Below are positions 54,733 through 61,258 of a DNA stretch of 61,258 nt, in pieces. The DNA lies in contig JBFMFP010000001.1 in assembly GCA_040751885.1 (NCBI GenBank), positions 1 through 61,258 on the forward strand. The letters run 5' to 3'. The notes under the pieces are model-generated. The model was not told the origin of the DNA. It did not search any database and saw nothing but the letters and a program-made list of their open reading frames with translations. Position numbers and translations under genes: made by a program. This DNA comes from Nanobdellota archaeon (GTDB taxonomy: Archaea; Nanobdellota; Nanobdellia; Woesearchaeales; GW2011-AR9). Position 1 is the stretch's first letter; every line of letters begins with the position of its first letter.

Positions 54733-57087
54733 ATGAAGAAGAAAAAAAAGTTCAAAGTAAAACAGCCTAATAAAAGACAGCAAGGCAAAAAACAACCTGG
54801 CAGAAAACAATTTGATAGAATAAAGCAACACGGCAAAATAGTTGTCACTGCAGCCCTGCCTTATGCCAATGGCGATATTCACATCGGCCATCTTCTGGAA
54901 TACATCCAGACAGATATTTATGTCCGTTTTTTAAAATCTGTCGGAAAGGACGCTTTGTATATCTGTGCTTCAGACATGCATGGCACCCCTGTAGAAGTTA
55001 ATGCCCATAAAGCCGGAAAAGAGCCGGAGGAATTTGCCCTGCAGTTCTGGAAGGAGCACCAGAAGGATTTTGCCCGCTATTTTATCCGTTTTGACAACTA
55101 TTATAAGACTCATTCTCCGGAAAACAGGGAATTGTCAGAATATTTTTTTGCCGGGCTGAAGAAACAAAAATTAATTTATAAGAAGAAGATTGAGGTTATT
55201 TACTGCAATAACTGCCAGAGATCCCTTCCCGACAGATATGTAAGGGGAACGTGCCACCTCTGCGGGGAAGCAGACCAGTACGGAGACGTCTGTGAAGGCT
55301 GCGGCTCGGCATTAAAAGGGACGGATTTGCTTAATCCAAAATGCTCCATCTGTGGCCAAACGCCGGTGGTTAAAGAGAGCGAGCATTATTTCTTTAAATT
55401 AGGCTCCTTCGCTTCAAAACTTAAAAAATGGATCAATTCAAAGAAGTCCAACTTACAGCCTGAAGTTAAGAATTGGCTTAAAGAGTGGCTGGATAAAGGG
55501 CTGGAAGACTGGTGTATCTCCAGAGACAAGCCTTATTTTGGGTTTGAGATTCCCGGCAGCGAGAAAGAATGCGGGGAGAAAAAGTATTTTTACGTCTGGA
55601 TGGATGCGCCCATAGGTTACATCTCTTCAACCAAGAATTATTGTAGCAATTGCAGCAGGACTAAAAAATGCTCTTGGGAAGATTACTGGAAAAAGGGGAA
55701 AGTCCAGCATTTCATCGGTAAAGACATATCTTATTTTCATTTCCTGTTCTGGCCGGCGATGCTCATGGCGATGAAGATTCCCCTGCCGACGTTGACTGTC
55801 CATGGCTTTGTTACTGTAAATGGGGAGAAGATGAGCAAATCGCGGGGGACTTTTTTTACGGCCAAGGATTTCCTTAAGCTTTATCCTGCGGAATCGCTGC
55901 GTTTTTATTACGCTACTCATTTAGACAGGAGAGTTGTGGATATAGACATTAATTTTGAGGATTTTAAAGCTGTGAACAATAATGTCCTTGTCGGCAATTT
56001 AGGCAATTTCTGCTACCGCGTGCTGACTTTTGCTCACGTTAATTATGGGAAAGTGGAAGGGTTTGATGGAAAACGGGAAAGGTTTGCCAAAGAGAAAGCC
56101 AAAGGGAGTGCCAAAGAGAATGCCGAAGAGAAAGATGTTAAAGAAACTGCAGCAGTCACCAGGGAAGTGCAGGCTTCAATAGAAAAAATCAAAGAGAGCT
56201 ATCAAAAGCAGGATTTTAAGTCCGCGGTTAAAGACATTTTACATATAGCTGATTTAGGTAATGCTTATTTCCAGAAAGCGGAAGCATGGAAGAATAAAGA
56301 AGCTGAGCAGTCCAAAAGAGCAGTTGCTTACTGTGTCAATCTGGCCAGAAATTTGGCTATTGTAGTTAATCCCATCCTTCCGGAGTTCAGCAGGAAAGTA
56401 TATGGTGCTCTTTCAGATAATCTTTCAGGGAAAGGAGTAAAGAAAAGAGTAAAAGGAGTAAGGAAAAGAGTAATTGGGAATGAGTTAAGCATTGGGAATG
56501 AGTTAAGCTGGGATAGGATAACGTTTGCCTGGAAAGGAAAAGTAAACAAGATAGATTTCCTGGCGGAGAAAATTGAAAAGATGCCTGCAGGAAATAAGTT
56601 CCCTTTGAGGCTAGTTGTTGGGCAGATTAAAGAAGTGAAAGAGCATCCCCATGCAGATACGCTCTATGTTATGAAAGTTGATTTTGGGAATGTTGATTCT
56701 GGCGCAAAAGTAGGTAAAGCAGGTATTAAGCAGGTCGTTGCCGGACTGAAAAAGTATTTCTCCAAAGAGCAGCTTGTTGGACTGAAAGTGGTTTTCTGTG
56801 CAAATCTCAAGCCGGCTAAATTAAGAGGAGAAATCAGTGAAGCGATGATTTTAGCAGCGGATGACGGCGCAAGAGTAGCTTTGCTTAACGCAGGTAAAAC
56901 TGACGTCGGAGAAGAAGTGCATTTTGAAGGTCTGGAAAATTCGCATGCGGAAATAACTTTTGAAGAATTTACGAAGCTGAAGATGGAAGTGCGTAGCGGG
57001 AATGTTTTTTATGAAGAGAAGAAGTTGGTCTCGCCTGTAGAAGCTGTTTCTGTGGTAGGGGTTAAGGACGGGGCATTAGTCCGGTGA
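54733..57087 (+). CDS. metG: Methionine--tRNA ligase with a C-terminal tRNA-binding (Trbp111/EMAP-like) domain
   Basis: PYANGDIHIGHLLEY (HIGH), KMSKS, a Zn knuckle (CHLCG...CEGCG...CSICG), and C-terminal VGQIKEVKEHPHADTLYVMKVDFG. Confidence 0.95.
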   Translation: MKKKKKFKVKQPNKRQQGKKQPGRKQFDRIKQHGKIVVTAALPYANGDIHIGHLLEYIQTDIYVRFLKSVGKDALYICASDMHGTPVEVNAHKAGKEPEEFALQFWKEHQKDFARYFIRFDNYYKTHSPENRELSEYFFAGLKKQKLIYKKKIEVIYCNNCQRSLPDRYVRGTCHLCGEADQYGDVCEGCGSALKGTDLLNPKCSICGQTPVVKESEHYFFKLGSFASKLKKWINSKKSNLQPEVKNWLKEWLDKGLEDWCISRDKPYFGFEIPGSEKECGEKKYFYVWMDAPIGYISSTKNYCSNCSRTKKCSWEDYWKKGKVQHFIGKDISYFHFLFWPAMLMAMKIPLPTLTVHGFVTVNGEKMSKSRGTFFTAKDFLKLYPAESLRFYYATHLDRRVVDIDINFEDFKAVNNNVLVGNLGNFCYRVLTFAHVNYGKVEGFDGKRERFAKEKAKGSAKENAEEKDVKETAAVTREVQASIEKIKESYQKQDFKSAVKDILHIADLGNAYFQKAEAWKNKEAEQSKRAVAYCVNLARNLAIVVNPILPEFSRKVYGALSDNLSGKGVKKRVKGVRKRVIGNELSIGNELSWDRITFAWKGKVNKIDFLAEKIEKMPAGNKFPLRLVVGQIKEVKEHPHADTLYVMKVDFGNVDSGAKVGKAGIKQVVAGLKKYFSKEQLVGLKVVFCANLKPAKLRGEISEAMILAADDGARVALLNAGKTDVGEEVHFEGLENSHAEITFEEFTKLKMEVRSGNVFYEEKKLVSPVEAVSVVGVKDGALVR
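56431..56508 (+). repeat. Two in-frame tandem duplications inside metG (21 nt x2, then 18 nt x2)
   Basis: aaaggagtaaagaaaagagta / aaaggagtaaggaaaagagta, then attgggaatgagttaagc x2 (GVKKRVKGVRKRV IGNELSIGNELS). Confidence 0.9.
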
Positions 57088-57275
57088 TTGAAGAGAATAT
57101 TATAAATTATTCTTTTTATATTCTTTTTAAGTTATGCAGAATTTTGTCTAAGAGCTTATGATTTCAAAACCAGAACTATCTTCCAGAAAACAAAACATTT
57201 AAATACCTCTTCAGTTTTACCCTGACATAAGTAATTTAATCCTATTAAAAATTACGAAAAAGAGGTTGGTGGAAG

Positions 57276-60200
57276 ATGGATAATAAGAGATGTAAAAGAT
57301 TATTTTCTATGTTGTTTATAGTAGGTATTTTGGCAATATTTGCCTGGATGGTTTTGGCATCAACGATAGATTTTGATGTTAGCAATACACAATTAATTTC
57401 GCCGATAGGCCGCCAAAATATCAGCGCCAGTTTTTTGCTTAACATCACGGCGGCGGGGAGAGGAACGCCAACGGAAGGTAACTTCAGCTATGTAAACGCG
57501 AGTTTTATTAATGGTTCTTTGAGCTGGGTTTATAATGTCACCGTAAATGATTCTGATCTTAATGTTAACCAGACATTTAACGTTACTATAAATACGGCTA
57601 CTCCGACAGTAGGCCAAGGTTTGCGGGACGCAGCAGGTGCACTTCCCGAAGGAGTATATAACATTTCTATGTATGCAAAAAACACTTCTGACGGGGTTAC
57701 TTTAACAAACTTGTCTGCTTTCAAAGGCGATGCTTCTCAATTTATTGTGATAGACAGAACGGCTCCGACAGTAATCTTAGGTGATACACCCAGTGATCTT
57801 AGCGGAGGACTGGTTTTTGCCGCTAATGGCTCTTTTATTGGAAGTAATAAAGCCTTCCTGTTTAATGTAACAATTACGAATGATACTGAGCTGACTGCAG
57901 TGCATTATGTTAATTTAAGCAATTATACGACGGCTGGTTTCGCCCGATCTAACCGGGTTTTGGATAAGGATGTGGTTGATGATGGTGGTCGTTTTAACTT
58001 TACCTGGAACCAGACTGAGTTAACAGAAGGGGAAAATTATTTAGCCGTGGGGGTTAACGACACTGCCGGCAATTTAAATAACTCTTTTTATATCAGGGTT
58101 TATGTGGATACGGTGACCGCAGCAGTGAACATATCCACTCCCGGGCATATAACTTGGACAACAGACACCACCCCAGATTTTGTCTTTAACTTTGTAGATC
58201 TGACTTCACCTAATGCTTCCTGTAGCGTAATTGTGAATGATACGGCCCGGGGAGTCTTAGCAACTAATGTCAGCGCAAGAAATAATACAGTAACAACTTT
58301 GACCCCGAGCAGTGCTTTAAGCCTAGGGGTATATACGTGGGGTGTTAATTGTACTGATTTGGGAGGCAACCACAATAGGTCAAGAGTTAATTATACACTT
58401 GATATTGTCGAAAGACCAACCTTAACTGCTCCTGCTAACACAACCTTTATCGGAGCAACGGGATCGACTAATAATACAATTGATGGAACTGCCTTTACCT
58501 TCAACTTTACTTCCGGGTTAATCAATACAACAAGGGACCAAGGGAATATCTCTTGCGAATTGTTTATACAGAATGCCAGCGGCGGTTATAATGCCAGCGG
58601 GGTAAATACCACAGTCTTAAATGCGACCGCTACAACCATTAGAAACAACCAAACGATTACTGATGGAACCAAAGGCTGGTTTATCAATTGTACCTATAAT
58701 AGCACGATTATAACTTCAGATACTTGGACAATTTATGTAGATACCACGGCTCCAACGGTGAATCTGGAAAAAGGCCAGAACCATAACAACTGGACTTGGG
58801 CAACGGACACAACACCAACTTTGTATTATAATTTTACCGATAATACTTCGCCCAATGCTTCCTGTGAATTGTTTATGAATGGAGTCAGCCGGGGAGTAAA
58901 CAGCTCGGTGAGGAATAATACCCAAACGGAATTTACAAATAGCACAGCTTTAGATTATGGAACCTATACTTGGTATGTTAACTGCACTGATCTAGGAAGC
59001 AATTTAGCTACTTCAGGAACAGGCAACGCAAACCTCTTTTACTTGGATGTGGTCAGGCCGATAAACGTTTCTACGCCCCTGAATAACAGCTGGACCAGCG
59101 AAACAAGGGCAGATAACATCTCGTTTACTTTTAACTTTGTGAGCGGGTTTGTCAACACAACAAGCGAGAATAATGTTACTTGTGAATTGTTTATAACAAA
59201 TCATAGTGGGGTTTACTTAAAAAGCGGAGTTAATTCTACAGCCTTAAACAACACGCCAATGACTATACGAAACAACAATACAATATTAGATAGTACAGCC
59301 AGTCCAAACGGAGTGGCAATCAACTGGACTGTCAATTGTACTTATAACGGAACCATAATCCAGATAGAAACAGGGAGATACCAGCTAAACATAGATAATG
59401 TTACTACTTCGGTGACCGCCAGCTCTTCCAGCGTAGCGGAAACAACCGCAACTTTAACGGCAACGACTTCGGAAACTGCAACTTGCAGGTATTCTTCAAG
59501 CAATGTGGGATACAGCTCGATGACGGAGTTTGGAACTACTGGGAGCACTTCCCATAGTACTTCTTTAGTAAGCTTGTCTTCAGCGACAGGCTACACTTAT
59601 TATGTAAAGTGTCAGGATAATGCTGCTAATGAAGGCTCTGGCTCAACTATATTTACTACCACTGCATCTTCAGGCGGCAGCGGAACTGGCGGAGCAGGCG
59701 GAGGAGTTTCCAGTGGGGCAACAGGGGAGTTTACGCAGGAAACCTGGGCTTCCATTAATGCAGGAGAAACTGCCACAGTGGGAGTAACCAATGGAGAAAT
59801 AGGGGTAACAGAAGTAAGCTTTACTGTTGATGCAACTACTTATGGTGCCTGGCTGAAAGTTGAGAAAGAAGATGCTCTTCCGTCTTCAGTAGGTTCTTAC
59901 TCAGGAACGTCTTACAAAACCATTAAGATAACTGAAAGCAACATAGAGAAGGCTTTGAAAGATACAGCGACAATTAACTTTAAAGTTGCCAAAACTTGGC
60001 TGAGTGAGAAAGGTGTAACTAAGGAAAGTATAGCCCTGTTCAGGTACGACAATAATGCTTGGGAAGAGTTGCCAACTACAGTAGGGGAGGATGACGGAAC
60101 TTACGTCCATTACTCGGCTAAGACGGCTGGATTCAGCTACTTTGTCATTGGCGTGAAAGGCGGAGTAGCAGCTCCAGCAGCTGAAGCAACACCAACAGAA

Positions 60201-60389
60201 GAAGCTGCTGCCGGTGAAGTGGCAGGAGAAGCAGGAGTTGCAGCAGGAGCAGAAGCCGCAGCTGGAGAAGTTTCAACTGTTTCAACTACAGGAGCTAAGA
60301 AGACCAGCAAGTTGGTCTGGCTGGTTCCTTTGGTAGCTTTGATAATCTTAGTTGCAGGAGTGCTTTATTACTTCAAGAGAAAGAAATAA
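57276..60389 (+). CDS. S-layer-type surface glycoprotein candidate (repeated beta-sandwich modules, PGF-pre-PGF-like domain, C-terminal TM anchor)
   Basis: 1037 aa with a signal/TM, dozens of N-x-S/T sequons, internally repeated ~200-aa modules, the block ALFRYDNNAWEELPTT...GFSYFVIGV, and a TM plus KRKK tail. Confidence 0.7.
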   Translation: MDNKRCKRLFSMLFIVGILAIFAWMVLASTIDFDVSNTQLISPIGRQNISASFLLNITAAGRGTPTEGNFSYVNASFINGSLSWVYNVTVNDSDLNVNQTFNVTINTATPTVGQGLRDAAGALPEGVYNISMYAKNTSDGVTLTNLSAFKGDASQFIVIDRTAPTVILGDTPSDLSGGLVFAANGSFIGSNKAFLFNVTITNDTELTAVHYVNLSNYTTAGFARSNRVLDKDVVDDGGRFNFTWNQTELTEGENYLAVGVNDTAGNLNNSFYIRVYVDTVTAAVNISTPGHITWTTDTTPDFVFNFVDLTSPNASCSVIVNDTARGVLATNVSARNNTVTTLTPSSALSLGVYTWGVNCTDLGGNHNRSRVNYTLDIVERPTLTAPANTTFIGATGSTNNTIDGTAFTFNFTSGLINTTRDQGNISCELFIQNASGGYNASGVNTTVLNATATTIRNNQTITDGTKGWFINCTYNSTIITSDTWTIYVDTTAPTVNLEKGQNHNNWTWATDTTPTLYYNFTDNTSPNASCELFMNGVSRGVNSSVRNNTQTEFTNSTALDYGTYTWYVNCTDLGSNLATSGTGNANLFYLDVVRPINVSTPLNNSWTSETRADNISFTFNFVSGFVNTTSENNVTCELFITNHSGVYLKSGVNSTALNNTPMTIRNNNTILDSTASPNGVAINWTVNCTYNGTIIQIETGRYQLNIDNVTTSVTASSSSVAETTATLTATTSETATCRYSSSNVGYSSMTEFGTTGSTSHSTSLVSLSSATGYTYYVKCQDNAANEGSGSTIFTTTASSGGSGTGGAGGGVSSGATGEFTQETWASINAGETATVGVTNGEIGVTEVSFTVDATTYGAWLKVEKEDALPSSVGSYSGTSYKTIKITESNIEKALKDTATINFKVAKTWLSEKGVTKESIALFRYDNNAWEELPTTVGEDDGTYVHYSAKTAGFSYFVIGVKGGVAAPAAEATPTEEAAAGEVAGEAGVAAGAEAAAGEVSTVSTTGAKKTSKLVWLVPLVALIILVAGVLYYFKRKK

Positions 60390-60472
60390 AGAAGAGAAGT
60401 AAGGAAGAATAAGGAAGAAAGGAGTAAAAAAATCTTTTTTATTTTTTATTATTTTTTAATATCAAAAAGAAG

Positions 60473-61258
60473 GTGAGGGTCACGGTAAATATAAAGAAGA
60501 AGTTGTTTTTCTATTTTGTTATAAGTTTATTCTTAATGCTTGTTTTTGCAGGTCTTGCTGCGGCAACGAACTGTCCGTCTATAACCACGCAGGCAACGTG
60601 TGATGCTGCTTCCGACTGCAAGTGGCATTCTGATCCCTGGGGCAGCTGGTGTGAGCAGAAGGGATGTTACAATTTGTTCAGTTCAGATACCTGTACTCAG
60701 GGAGGAAATGCTTCTTCTACTTCTTTTGTGGGGAAAAATTGCTCCTGGAGTGCTACGCAAACCACGGGCTGGTGCCAGGAAGTTGATTGTTATTCCCTCT
60801 CCAATACCACGGCTACCGAAAGCAGCTGTGAAAGCAATCCCTTTAACCTTCAGTGTACCTGGAGAGGGACTTATAGTGAAGCCAGTTATTGGTATCCTTG
60901 CCAAGGCCCGCCGGAAAAAAATTGCTGGAGCAAGCAAACGGAAGCTACCTGTGAGAATGTAACTGGCTGCTGGTGGGGAATGTGCGAGCCGAAAAGCTGC
61001 TGGGACTACACTTCTTCCGCGACCTGCACCGCTTCGGGAAGTGTTGGCTATAGCGGCAATGCCTGCAAATGGAATTCCCAGTATAATTATTGCTATGAAT
61101 CCGGCTGTTGGGATTACACAGATAGTGCTTCCTGTACCGCGGCTAACTGTAAATGGGAAGGGGGCTATTGCTACAAACCTTCCTGTTATGAGTACAGTTA
61201 CACTAATGAAACTTATTGTGAATCTAATCCCCTGGAATTAAACTGCAACTGGAACAAT
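60473..61258 (+). CDS. Secreted Cys-rich repeat protein (partial; runs off the window)
   Basis: Open frame from the GTG at 60473 to the window end. Signal-like NIKKKLFFYFVISLFLMLVFAGLAAA, then repeated ~30-aa C..C.W...C modules (ATCDAASDCKWHSDPWGSWCEQKGCY...). Confidence 0.55.
   Translation, partial: MRVTVNIKKKLFFYFVISLFLMLVFAGLAAATNCPSITTQATCDAASDCKWHSDPWGSWCEQKGCYNLFSSDTCTQGGNASSTSFVGKNCSWSATQTTGWCQEVDCYSLSNTTATESSCESNPFNLQCTWRGTYSEASYWYPCQGPPEKNCWSKQTEATCENVTGCWWGMCEPKSCWDYTSSATCTASGSVGYSGNACKWNSQYNYCYESGCWDYTDSASCTAANCKWEGGYCYKPSCYEYSYTNETYCESNPLELNCNWNN

Overview
AT-rich archaeal chromosomal segment with DPANN/Nanoarchaeota-like traits. These include a split rpoB, a fused PriS-PriL primase, tRNA-Ile(UAU) and many lipobox or Cys-rich secreted proteins. 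The backbone is core information processing: the rpoH-rpoB''-rpoB'-rpoA'-rpoA''-L30e-nusA operon on the minus strand, the S13-S4-S11-rpoD-L18e-L13-S9 operon on the plus strand, rpoL, primase, aCPSF1, proteasome beta, RtcB, MetRS, enolase, deoxyhypusine synthase, PyrD and TatD. Three signals go beyond ordinary annotation. (1) All 8 tRNA genes I can reconstruct are interrupted, with at least 16 introns. Six carry a large insert at T-loop position 59/60, and these inserts fall into two repeated sequence families. The family-1 core lies in opposite orientations relative to different host tRNAs, yet a canonical bulge-helix-bulge is kept at the junctions. (2) Two copies of a 227-338 bp element have perfect terminal inverted repeats, a possible 8-bp target duplication and compensatory stem changes, so it is either a MITE-like element or a novel structured RNA. 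(3) Most intergenic spacers consist of locally unique 2-5x tandem repeats that copy the adjacent start-codon or stop-codon context, and similar repeats extend several housekeeping proteins. Also present are an intein in RtcB, HEPN/MNT and MazEF toxin-antitoxin pairs, a secreted multidomain murein-hydrolase-like protein, an AT-rich islet after tRNA-Thr containing a frameshifted nucleotidyltransferase, and an S-layer-type surface protein. No rRNA genes or CRISPR arrays were seen. All calls come from reading the sequence and the ORF track; no searches were run.
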